A stretch of 25,750 bases of DNA, filler included, from an uncultured virus (IMG/VR IMGVR_UViG_2061766007_000300) (taxonomy: Duplodnaviria > Heunggongvirae > Uroviricota > Caudoviricetes). It is 3 parts of one record of this genome, joined end to end, with 100 filler letters (N's around TTAATTAATTAA, not from the genome) between each part and the next. Parts side by side here need not be neighbours in the genome. Positions count along the whole stretch, not along the records: positions 6,451 to 25,750 come from IMGVR_UViG_2061766007_000300; 2 more parts are not named here. The stretch is one strand, 5' to 3'. Below the pieces are notes generated by a model. It was not told the origin of the DNA. It made no database searches and saw nothing but the letters and a program-made list of their open reading frames with translations. A program made the position numbers and the translations under genes. Positions 16,296-25,493 of this stretch are shown one piece after another. The first letter of the stretch is position 1; each line of letters starts with the position of its first letter.

Positions 16296-16556
16296 ATGAA
16301 GAAAATTTTTATTGCAGATGTTCAATGGTGGAATGAATTTGACGAGAAGGATGTAACCGAAACTGTTCTTGTTCAGGCTAATAGCTTCATTGATGCTATG
16401 GAGCAGATTGAAAATCAGTATAAAGATACCCTTGAGGAGATTCATTATTTTACGTGCGTTGGTAACGGCTATGTCGTGCATCTTGGAAGTCGTGAAGTTA
16501 ATCGCGAAGAAGTGGATACGGTAGTTAGCTGCATTACTGAAAATAATTGTTTTTAA
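16296..16556 (+). CDS. Hypothetical acidic protein
   Basis: First ORF after the promoter, AAGGA RBS. Confidence 0.8.
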   Translation: MKKIFIADVQWWNEFDEKDVTETVLVQANSFIDAMEQIENQYKDTLEEIHYFTCVGNGYVVHLGSREVNREEVDTVVSCITENNCF

Positions 16557-16567
16557 GGAAAACTAAA

Positions 16568-16819
16568 ATGACTATTTATATTGTTGAAAATTATTATGAT
16601 GAACCTTTTTATAGGGCTCATAAAACTATTGAAAGCGCGCGGCTTGGTCTTTTAGAAGAGTATACAAAGAGCTGTCTGCCGGAAATGATTGAAATTATTA
16701 AAGAAGGTAAAAGTGTTGCCGAAACCGCGGATAATATTAAGACCGACCTTGAGAATATTCTTGCGCATGGTTATGTTGAAGACTTCGCTATTATCCATGA
16801 ATGTGAATTAGAGGAGTAA
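16568..16819 (+). CDS. Hypothetical acidic protein
   Basis: ATG 16568 follows an AAGGA RBS (preferred over TTG 16547). Confidence 0.75.
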   Translation: MTIYIVENYYDEPFYRAHKTIESARLGLLEEYTKSCLPEMIEIIKEGKSVAETADNIKTDLENILAHGYVEDFAIIHECELEE

Positions 16820-16821
16820 TT

Positions 16822-17283
16822 ATGGTAGCTAAAACCTTTCAGAATCTGCCGCAGGTGGGTGAACCGTTTGAGAGCGGCGGCAAGATGTATGTAAATGTAC
16901 AGGGTAAGAACGGTAATGTGCGACGGGTACGTTGGTACGAAGTTGATGAATATATTAAGATGTATCCTGATACACCGCGCGCGGAAATAGACCCATATTA
17001 TAAAACTAAGAAACGTACTCTTTTTGGTGATGGTGAGTATGTATGGATTTTTAAGCCAGTAACGCACGATTTAATGGAACTTTTGGAACAGAGTTCTCAT
17101 GTAAGATTCCATACGTATTGGGGTTGGTACGCGCGTACAGATGTCCCTGATGAAATTTTGGATGCGCTTCATGAAAGATTTGTTATGCGCCAGCTCTATT
17201 GGGATGATATCGCGGTTGATGAAGAGACGTTGAAACCGCAAAAAGAAGTAGATAAAATAGTTAAAGGAGTTTTAGGAATCTAA
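16822..17283 (+). CDS. Hypothetical phage protein (3' part duplicated at 17296-17479)
   Basis: GAGGAG RBS, 153-aa ORF. Confidence 0.85.
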   Translation: MVAKTFQNLPQVGEPFESGGKMYVNVQGKNGNVRRVRWYEVDEYIKMYPDTPRAEIDPYYKTKKRTLFGDGEYVWIFKPVTHDLMELLEQSSHVRFHTYWGWYARTDVPDEILDALHERFVMRQLYWDDIAVDEETLKPQKEVDKIVKGVLGI

Positions 17284-17478
17284 TGNNNNNNNNNNCGTAA
17301 GATTCCATACGTATTGGGGTTGGTACGCGCGCACAGATGTTCCCGATGAAATTTTGGATGCGCTCCATGAAAGATTTGTTATGCGCCAACTCTATTGGGA
17401 TGATATTGCGGTTGATGAAGAGACGTTGAAGCCGCAAAAAGAAGTAGATAAAATAGTTAAAGGAGTTTTAGGAATCTA

Positions 17479-18888
17479 ATGTTCTTTCAGATGCTTGTGG
17501 GTATTAGTGGTAGCGGGAAAAGTACTTATGCCCATTATATGAAGAATACATTTTTAGAGCCGGTAGAAATTGTTTCTTCTGACTCTATTCGTGAAGAACT
17601 TTATGGGGACGAATCTATCCAGGGTAATCCTAATAAGGTTTTTCGTATTATGCTCGCGCGCACTAAGCGGTACTTGAGTGAGGGTAAGTCGGTNNNNNNN
17701 NNNNNNNNNNNNNNNNNNNNNNNNNNNNNNNNNNNNNNNNNNNNNNNNNNNNNNNNNNNNNNNNGATGATTGTTGACCCACGTATGTGTAGCGAAAATCA
17801 GAAGCTGCGCGAACGTCATGTAAGTGATGAAGTAATCTACCACCAGGTTCAACAGTTTCGTCCACCTCACATTAGCGAGGGTTGGGATGCAATTACGATG
17901 GATGTATATGCTCCGGAAGATGAAAAACGTTACTTGGCCCATCTTTATAAAATGACTCTTGAAGTTGACCAGCATAACCCTCATCATTCNNNNNNNNNNT
18001 GGGAAAAGCACCTATGCCCATTATATGAAGAATACATTTTTAGAGCCAGTAGAAATTGTTTCTTCCGACTCTATTCGTGAAGAACTTTATGGGGATGAAT
18101 CTATCCAGGGTAACTCTAATAAAGTCTTCCGTATTATGCTCGCGCGCACTAAGCGGTACTTGAGTGAGGGTAAGTCGGTTATTTATGATGCTACGAATTT
18201 GAGCGATCGACGCCGTATAAATCTTTTAAAAGAGCTTAAAGGATATGATTGTGCGAAACTTTGCCATGTAATTATCGTTGACCCGCGTATGTGTAGTGAG
18301 AATCAGAAGCTGCGCGAACGTCATGTAAGTGATGAAGTAATTTATCACCAGGTCCAGCAGTTTCGTCCACCACATTTGAGTGAAGGATGGGATGCAATTA
18401 CTATGGATGTGTATGCACCAGAAGATGAAAAACGCTACCTGGCTCATCTTTATAAAATGACTCTTGAAGTTGACCAGCATAACCCTCATCATTCTTTAAC
18501 TATTGGGAAACATAATTACCAAGCTTATATAAATTCTATTCAATATTTTGATGATAAAGTTTCTGCGGCTGCGGCATGGCATGATTTCGGGAAACTTATG
18601 ACTCAGACTTTTGATAGTAATAAGGTCGCGCATTATTATTCCCATGAAAATGTAAGTGCATATTATTATCTACTTTTTGAAGCTGAAAGTATTAGTCTTA
18701 ATACCGTTACGTGTTGCGATAAAGCTAACGATGGTAGGTATGATTATCTTGACGTAGCGTGGTTAATCGCGCATCATATGGACTTTTATAAAGATGAAAA
18801 ATATCTTAAAAAAGTTTATGAACGTGTTGGGTATGAATTGTTTAATAAACTTTATAAGCTTCACGATTGTGATGAAAGGGCGCATTAA
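17479..18888 (+). CDS. Polynucleotide kinase-like P-loop (AAA_33) domain fused to an HD phosphohydrolase; two overlapping allelic copies split by gaps
   Basis: GISGSGKST, SSDSIRE, DATN, then NPHH...H, WHDFGK, HENVSAY, HHM and terminal D; 18000-18489 repeats 17514-17989. Confidence 0.88.
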
Positions 18889-18921
18889 AAACGCCCTAAT
18901 ATTATATATAGGAGAAAATAA

Positions 18922-20163
18922 ATGGAATTAATTTTTAAACCAGAAGACAGACCCTCTTTTACTAATTGCATTATGTTTGCGTTCCAGTAGCTTTTGGCTA
19001 TTATCGCAGCTACTATCGCAGTACCGGCTATTATTGGAAATGGAATGACTGCGTCCGCGGCGCTCTTCGGCGCGGGCATTGGTACTTTAATCTATCAATT
19101 TTTTACTAAGTTCCGCAGTCCCGTATTCTTAGGTTCTTCCTTTGCGTTCTTGGGTTCTATGTTCGCCGCGTTTGCAGGTGGAGTAAGTATGAGCCTAGGC
19201 TTTCTAGGATTAATCTTAGGCGCGGCTTTCGCAGGTTTAGTATACGTGGTTATTGCGCTTATAGTCAGAAAGGTTGGTGTAGAGTGGATTAATAAGCTTA
19301 TGCCGCCGGTAATTATTGGGCCTATTGTNNNNNNNNNNNNNNNNNNNNNNNNNNNNNNNNNNNNNNNNNNCGTAACTCTATTCGTAGTTATTCTTACTAG
19401 TGTATATGGAAGTAAGAACTTAAAGTTGGTGCCATTTATTGTTGGTATTGCAGCAGGGTACGCGGTCGCACTTATTATAAGTTTAGCGGGCGCCGCATCT
19501 ATAATTAATTTAGATAAGTTTAAAGAAATTAATAGTTTCTTTAGTCTGCCGCAGTTTACATTTTGGATTGCNNNNNNNNNNNNNNNNNNNNNNNNNNNNN
19601 NNNNNNNNNNNNNNNNNNNNNNNNNNNNNNNNNNNNNNNNNNNNNNNNNNNNNNNNNNNNNNNNNNNNNNNNNNNNNNNNNNNNNNNNNNNNNNNNNNNN
19701 NNNNNNNNNNNNNNNNNNNNNNNNNNNNNNNNNNNNNNNNNNNNNNNNNNNNNNNNNNNNNNNNNNNNNNNNNNNNNNNNNNNNNNNNNNNNNNNNNNNN
19801 NNNNNNNNNNNNNNNNNNNNNNNNNNNNNNNNNNNNNNNNNNNNNNNNNNNNNNNNNNNNNNNNNNNNNNNNNNNNNNNNNNNNNNNNNNNNNNNNNNNN
19901 NNNNNNNNNNNNNNNNNNNNNNNNNNNNNNNNNNNNNNNNNNNNNNNNNNNNNNNNNNNNNNNNNNNNNNNNNNNNNNNNNNNNNNNNNNNNNNNNNNNN
20001 TGCTAATCTTTTCGTAGTTTCTGTAATTCTTATCGCGGGTGTCGGTGGACTTAGTCTAAGCTTTACTACTGGAATGGGAGATATTACTATTACTACTGTA
20101 GCTTGCGCGCTTATATTAGGAATTATTACTAATTTAATTACTAAGTATGGAAATAAAGAATAA
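18922..20163 (+). CDS. uraA: Uracil/xanthine permease (NCS2 family); at least one in-frame TAG; internal gaps
   Basis: AGGAG RBS before ATG 18922; FAFQ(Q)LLAIIAATIAVP, GIGTLIY, SPVFLGSSFAF and PPVIIGP motifs. Confidence 0.88.
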
Positions 20164-20180
20164 AATAATTCTTTAAATTT

Positions 20181-20211
20181 AGGTCCGTTGTGATACGGGC
20201 CTTTATTTTTT
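20181..20211 (+). terminator. Intrinsic terminator
   Basis: AGGTCCGT-TGTGAT-ACGGGCCT plus T-rich tail. Confidence 0.75.
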
Positions 20212-20238
20212 GACTTTTTTTAAAATTTATGGTATAAT
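20210..20238 (+). promoter_or_regulatory. sigmaA-type promoter
   Basis: TTGACT-17-TATAAT with TG extension. Confidence 0.8.
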
Positions 20239-20271
20239 ATATATAGAGAATAGGAAAGGAATAAAAATTCG

Positions 20272-20478
20272 GTGGATATGAGAGAGTTCCAGGAAGCTTA
20301 TAACTTTATTCGTTTTGGTGAACGTGGGGACTGGGTTTCTAATAACAGGAATGACCGGCGCATTGAGCGTTTAACTAAGGGCGTTGATACTATGGCACCC
20401 TCTTGCGCGTGCTATGAACGTGAAAAGTATACGGGAACTTTGTGTGGGACCGAAGCTATTAAGTGGCTTTTAAAATAA
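20272..20478 (+). CDS. Hypothetical protein
   Basis: ORF following the promoter; the start could be GTG 20272 or ATG 20278. Confidence 0.65.
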   Translation: MDMREFQEAYNFIRFGERGDWVSNNRNDRRIERLTKGVDTMAPSCACYEREKYTGTLCGTEAIKWLLK

Positions 20479-20488
20479 GAAGCAAGCT

Positions 20489-20698
20489 ATGGAAGAAAAG
20501 TTCTACGATTGTCCGACCCAAGTTATCTTCCGCGCGAAGAAAGACGACCATAAATATGCGGGTATTGCATATGGAAGCGTAGTTATTAGCGCGAAGTGTG
20601 GTGTAATTATTCCTCTTCATGATATTGAGTATTTGAAAGAAGAGTACTGGTTAGATTTGACTGACGCAATTAAAGGAGATTTAACTGAGGTAGATTAA
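20489..20698 (+). CDS. Hypothetical protein (paralog of 9918-10154)
   Basis: FYDCPTQV...GIAY...YWLDLTDAI pattern. Confidence 0.8.
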   Translation: MEEKFYDCPTQVIFRAKKDDHKYAGIAYGSVVISAKCGVIIPLHDIEYLKEEYWLDLTDAIKGDLTEVD

Positions 20699-20699
20699 T

Positions 20700-21035
20700 A
20701 TGGAGAAAGAATATATTAGTAAGGAGTATCTCCTTAAAGAACTGAAAGAACTTAACATTGTTTCTTTCTATGAATTAAATGAGCACTCTAAAGAAGCCTA
20801 TGAAGAGTTTAAAGGTCTTATTGAATGGGCGCCAACTGAAAAAATTAAAGAAGGCGTGTGGGTTCCTGGTAGAGAAATTGGAAGAAGCTTTATTGGAGAC
20901 CTTTGTGTTGATATTCAGTATGAAGATTGGAGTTGTTCTATTTGTAATGAAAGTATTAGAGAAACTTTTAGACCTAGATATAAATATTGCCCGCATTGTG
21001 GAGCAAAAATGAAAGGTTATAGAGGAGAATTTTAA
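20700..21035 (+). CDS. Phage protein with C-terminal zinc ribbon
   Basis: CSIC...YCPHCGAKM; GAGGT RBS. Confidence 0.85.
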   Translation: MEKEYISKEYLLKELKELNIVSFYELNEHSKEAYEEFKGLIEWAPTEKIKEGVWVPGREIGRSFIGDLCVDIQYEDWSCSICNESIRETFRPRYKYCPHCGAKMKGYRGEF

Positions 21036-21477
21036 TGAGTGCATATATCCATTTTTTCGTGCGTGCGGGTGACACTTTTTGTCCTATTGCTACTTACTGT
21101 CGTAGTTCAAAAGTATATGAAATTTTCCATCGCGCGCCCTATGAGCAGATAACAACTTTAGATGAAGCCACTCTTAGTGATTATTTTAATGAAGCTACTA
21201 TTATGCGCGATAATCTGAAAGAAGATAGGATTAAATACGAAAAACGTATTGAGACTATTAAGGGGTTTGAGAATNNNNNNNNNNTGAATGTGAAGGGCTT
21301 ATTGAAGAAACTGATAGTGAACTGAGAGAAGTAGAGGACGCTATTTGTTTTATTGGTTTTCTTACTTCTATTCTTAGTGAAATATTATATAATGTGCCGC
21401 TTGGAATTTTTAAGGGTCGGTATTTATATTATGGAGTTGAGTGTTATAGACCAACTACAAAAGATATTAAGGAGTAA
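21035..21477 (+). CDS. Hypothetical protein spanning an N gap (3' part duplicated at 21604-21796)
   Basis: MSAYIHFFVR...KGFEN [gap] ECEGLIEETDSELREVEDAICFIGFL...YLYYGVECYRPTTKDIKE-TAA. Confidence 0.7.
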
Positions 21478-21798
21478 ATATGGAATTTTTAGAGCGAGAG
21501 AAGCCTTGTTCTTTTCGTTTTCGACTTATAAATTCTTTGAGTAGAGGGCGATTAAAGAAATATCTTACAAAGGCTTTAATTTATTTAATTAGANNNNNNN
21601 NNNCGAATGTGAAGAGCTTATTGAAGAAACTGATAGTGAACTTAGAGAAGTAGAGGATGCTATTTGTTTTATTGGTTTTCTTACTTCTATTCTTAGTGAA
21701 GTATTATATGATGTACCACTTGGAATTTTTAAGGGTCAGTATTTATACTATGGAGTTGAGTGTTATAGACCAACTACAAAAGATATTAAGGAGTAAAT

Positions 21799-22029
21799 AT
21801 GGAATTTTTAGAGCGAGAGAAGCCTTATTCTTTTTGCTTTCGACTTATAAATTCTTTGAGTGGAGGGCGATTAAAGAAATATCTTACAAAGGCTTTAATT
21901 TATTTAATTAGATTAAGAAGTGATATAAAACTTATGACTCAAAATGGGGATATGTATATAACTAGTAGTTCTATGCTTGAGGATATTGAGATAGCTATTA
22001 AGTTTATTTATAAAATCTTTGAGATTTAA
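21799..22029 (+). CDS. Hypothetical protein (partial duplicate at 21480-21593)
   Basis: AAGGAG RBS; the frame is conserved between the two copies. Confidence 0.7.
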   Translation: MEFLEREKPYSFCFRLINSLSGGRLKKYLTKALIYLIRLRSDIKLMTQNGDMYITSSSMLEDIEIAIKFIYKIFEI

Positions 22030-22087
22030 TATAAAAAAGTTACTTAAGATTAGAGCTTTTGTTCTAATATTTAGTAGGAGTAAAGAT

Positions 22088-22357
22088 ATGAAAGGTAAGT
22101 ATCGTAAAAAGCCCGTTATTATTGAGGCTATTTAGTGGACTGGAGATAATATAGATGAATTAAGGAGAGAGTTTTCTAATTTCATTAATGACTCTTGGAT
22201 AGTCGGTAAAAATTCTGAGTTATATTTAGGAACTCTTGAAGGGCCGATGCACGCGTCAATAGGAGATTATATTATCCGCGGGATAAAGGGTGAGTTCTAT
22301 GCGTGTAAGCCAGATATTTTTATGGACACCTATGATAAGGTAGAAGAAGAATAGTAA
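22088..22357 (+). CDS. Conserved small phage protein (KYRKKPV.IEA.QW...TLEG...GDYII.G..GEFY.CKPDIF family), 89 aa; two in-frame TAG
   Basis: MKGKYRKKPVIIEAI(Q)WTGDN...TLEGPMHASIGDYIIRGIKGEFYACKPDIFMDTY; AGGAG RBS; missed by the ORF track. Confidence 0.9.
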
Positions 22358-22548
22358 TGGAAGCTTTGGTAGAAGTTATGGAGTTTGATACTTGGAGATA
22401 TATAGCCTTAGTGGCTTTCTTTGTTTTAACTAATTTTGTGGCTTATAATTATGGCTTTGTGCGCGGTGGGACGTATATGTATTGGTATTGTAAAGATGTA
22501 TGGAATATAAAAGATGACGAAGATGAGGAAGAGGATAATGCCACCTAA
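22357..22548 (+). CDS. Small membrane protein
   Basis: One hydrophobic helix and an acidic tail; TAATG overlap with the upstream gene. Confidence 0.7.
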   Translation: MEALVEVMEFDTWRYIALVAFFVLTNFVAYNYGFVRGGTYMYWYCKDVWNIKDDEDEEEDNAT

Positions 22549-22849
22549 AAATTTTGAAGAATATACGATAGCTTATGGAGTTGGTAATCAAGAAACAAAA
22601 ACTTGGGTTGCTACTAGTGAGTCTTTAGCAGAAGATGTAGATTTAACTCATTGGACTTTAAGCTGTCCTGATACTTTAACTATTCCTATTTGTGATTGGA
22701 ATACTTCAGTTACTATAGGTACCGCTAGTTTATATGAGCCGCGCCCTCTACGTTTACATTGTGAATATTGCGGCTGCGTTAGTAAGAAAGATTATGGGAC
22801 TTGCGAGCATTGCGGCGCACCATTAATCCCGCTGGAATATTATAATTGA
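22538..22849 (+). CDS. Hypothetical protein with C-terminal zinc ribbon
   Basis: CEYCG...CEHCGAP; ATG 22538 follows GAGGA. Confidence 0.75.
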   Translation: MPPKNFEEYTIAYGVGNQETKTWVATSESLAEDVDLTHWTLSCPDTLTIPICDWNTSVTIGTASLYEPRPLRLHCEYCGCVSKKDYGTCEHCGAPLIPLEYYN

Positions 22850-22858
22850 GGAAAATTT

Positions 22859-23245
22859 ATGGCGCATAAATATTTAGAAGATATTGGAATTACCGATGGT
22901 CCATATAATTGGCGTGGAGATAGTTTTAAATGGCGGCACGAACGCCAGGTATATGGATTTGATAGTCGGGAATGTTGGAATCTAGATTATACTTTTTATC
23001 TTTGGCTTTATGAGCGGCTTATGAAGTATCTTGAAGATGCGGAGTCGGTAGTGGACCTTACTTGGACTAAAGCTGAATATAATGGAAAAACCTATACCCA
23101 GCGTGAACTTATAGATATGATGTTGGAGCGGCTTAAGAGATTTTTAACTGACGAAGATTTTAATGACTACGAAGAAGAAAACTTTAAATGGCTCCATGAA
23201 ATAGAAAAAATTTGGGCAGTAATTCTACCTGCAATGTGGTGGTAA
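22859..23245 (+). CDS. Hypothetical phage protein
   Basis: 128-aa Trp-rich ORF ending LPAMWW; GAGGA RBS. Confidence 0.85.
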   Translation: MAHKYLEDIGITDGPYNWRGDSFKWRHERQVYGFDSRECWNLDYTFYLWLYERLMKYLEDAESVVDLTWTKAEYNGKTYTQRELIDMMLERLKRFLTDEDFNDYEEENFKWLHEIEKIWAVILPAMWW

Positions 23246-23248
23246 TTT

Positions 23249-23446
23249 ATGTTTTATATTGGACTTATTATTATTCTTATTCTTACTATTGTTCATACAA
23301 TTAAAAATAAAGAAACTATAAAGGATGGTATTTTATCTTTTATTCTTAGCGTTATTCTCTTTTTTATTATAGAATGTGTATATTTTACTATATCCCGCGC
23401 ATTTATGGGAGATAGCGTTATTGATTTCTTTTTTAGGTTTTCTTAA
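23249..23446 (+). CDS. Small membrane protein
   Basis: Two hydrophobic segments. Confidence 0.6.
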   Translation: MFYIGLIIILILTIVHTIKNKETIKDGILSFILSVILFFIIECVYFTISRAFMGDSVIDFFFRFS

Positions 23447-23469
23447 AATTTAAAAATATTCTGTAAAAT

Positions 23470-23498
23470 TTGATTTTTTTTGAAAATTATGATATAAT
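23470..23498 (+). promoter_or_regulatory. sigmaA-type promoter
   Basis: TTGATT-17-TATAAT with TG extension. Confidence 0.75.
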
Positions 23499-23531
23499 TA
23501 TTATAGAAAGATTAAGAAAGGAACTAATCTA

Positions 23532-24209
23532 ATGACTTATAATGAAATGCGCGCAACTGAGTTGCTCGAAGTTCTGTTTAAGTTTGGGTTCGATAAAGTA
23601 ATGAAGGACTTTACTCGTAGTAATTACGAGGATTGGATTAGGGATACTCTTGAATCTGGCGCGGACGTCATTAGTGATGGTGATATTAACGATTGCTATA
23701 TCTTTAGTGATGGTAATTGCGACGTTTATATCGCCGGTGGAGCTTCTAAGGTAGCTTTTTGGACTGACGAAAGCGATAGCGTTTTTAAAATGGGATTTAA
23801 TAAGCTTCGGTGCGACTATTGCGGCTTAGAGGCCGAATATTTTGCAGAAGCGAAACGGCTCGGTTTAGGTGAATTTTTCGCAGGTACTGAGTTCGTTATG
23901 TACTGTAATGGTATTCGTATTTATAAGGCTGAGCGCGCAGAGGTAAGCTTTGAAAAACTTTCAAGCGACCTCTTCGATAAGCTTAAGAGCGATGGTATGG
24001 ATGAATCTACGATTTACGATACTATCGACGAGGCGGATAGTTGCTGCGAGTTTATTAATTGGCTTTTACCTTATTATACTAACGAAGATAAGGTTAACGA
24101 GCTTTTCGATTTCCTTAACGAGAATAGTATTAACGACCTCCATAGTGGAAATATCGGTTATATTGGGGACCGCATAGTTCTTATAGATTATAGCGGTTAC
24201 CGTGGCTAA
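23532..24209 (+). CDS. Protein-kinase-like fold protein
   Basis: GGASKVAF glycine loop, VFK lysine, downstream Glu, DLHSGNIG catalytic loop and LIDYS (DFG-equivalent). Confidence 0.75.
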   Translation: MTYNEMRATELLEVLFKFGFDKVMKDFTRSNYEDWIRDTLESGADVISDGDINDCYIFSDGNCDVYIAGGASKVAFWTDESDSVFKMGFNKLRCDYCGLEAEYFAEAKRLGLGEFFAGTEFVMYCNGIRIYKAERAEVSFEKLSSDLFDKLKSDGMDESTIYDTIDEADSCCEFINWLLPYYTNEDKVNELFDFLNENSINDLHSGNIGYIGDRIVLIDYSGYRG

Positions 24210-24575
24210 GATTTTTTCCAGAAATCCATAAATAGAATACTCCTCTTTCCAACGGCGCACGAGGTTTTGGAAAGTTGGGCGCATCGTCCTCCCTTATGTC
24301 TTTTGATGCGTAGAGGAGTATTTTATTTATGGATTTTTGGAGGTTAAATAGATTCAATGGAAATACATAATTTAAGTTTAGGAGAATTTTTGGAAAAATT
24401 CCCATATATGCGGCCGCATATAAATTAGTATTATTCTAATTTTCTCGGTCGGCGCCTTATAATTCCAATAGATAACGATAAAATATTATCGGATATAATA
24501 TAGGAAGAAGATATAAGACGATTAGAATACTATATAAGTATTTCTTAAAAAATTCCAAAAAACGCTAGATAAAGG

Positions 24576-24612
24576 AAAAGACTAGGTAGGTAATTCTATC
24601 TAGTCTTTTTTA
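24576..24612. terminator. Terminator-like hairpin
   Basis: AAAAGACTAGGTAG/CTATCTAGTCTTTT with T run. Confidence 0.65.
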
Positions 24613-25127
24613 TTTTAGGAAAATCCTATAAATTTTTACGTCGCGCGCAATCTACGTCTATAGAAAATTTTAGAAAATTTTTTCGGAAAAGTTAGTAGCT
24701 TTTTAAATTTCGGTAAAAATAGTTACGTTAAAATTTTCCAAAAAATCGTAGCTTCGAAATTTTCCAAAAATAAAATTTCTAAAATTTTTCCGAAAATTAC
24801 GTACTTTTTAAACGAAAAGTTTACTTCAACATAGTTCTAGGTAGAATTCTTATAACCTATGGATAACTAAAAAAGAAAATTAAAGGGGACTAGCGTTATA
24901 AGGCGCTTATATATATATTATATATATATTATATTTATATATCTTACTTATAAGTTAAAATATATATATTTCTTACCCGTATCTTCTTCGCCGCATGGCG
25001 CGGGAGAAGTAGCCTATTCTTAAACCTAGCTTATACTAATCTTTATAATAAAACGTAGCCGATAGGGGTTAATAAAACGGGGATAGGTAATAGGGGTTAT
25101 AGGTAGGGATAATAGGTTAGGGGACTA

Positions 25128-25172
25128 TATAAAGGTCTATAAAGGTTTATAAAAGTCTATAAAAGTTTATAA
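25128..25172. repeat. Four tandem 10-bp repeats TATAAARGTY
   Basis: TATAAAGGTC TATAAAGGTT TATAAAAGTC TATAAAAGTT TATAA. Confidence 0.85.
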
Positions 25173-25493
25173 GTGTACGGGGCACAAAATTTCCACGATT
25201 TCAAATTTTAAAATTTAAATTTTAATTCGCTACATAAAAACGCAGCTTTTTAACGCTGTGTTTAAACGTATATATTATATATANNNNNNNNNNTTTTAAA
25301 TTTTAATTCGCTATATAAAAACGCAGCTTTTTAACGCTGTGTTTAAACGTATATATTATATATATATAAGTATTCTCCCCTGACTATGTTGAAGTAAACT
25401 TTTTAATTGAAAAATATAAAAAATTAGTGCAAATCTGAAATTTTGGAGCTGTCAAATTTTACTATAAAATTTTGCGTCGCGCGCCATATAGAT

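Noticed and set aside
2019..21911. Apparent tandem duplications (ligase segments, tRNA-Gln block, kinase-HD, 21.3-21.9 kb, also 25294-25368)
   Set aside because: Each is bounded by a 10-N gap and differs by scattered substitutions, as expected for strain alleles placed side by side by the assembler.
21353..21911. ORF-track entries 21353-21544 and 21657-21911
   Set aside because: Alternative frames overlapping the true 3' end of the 21035 gene and the start of the next gene; one allele has a stop where the other does not.
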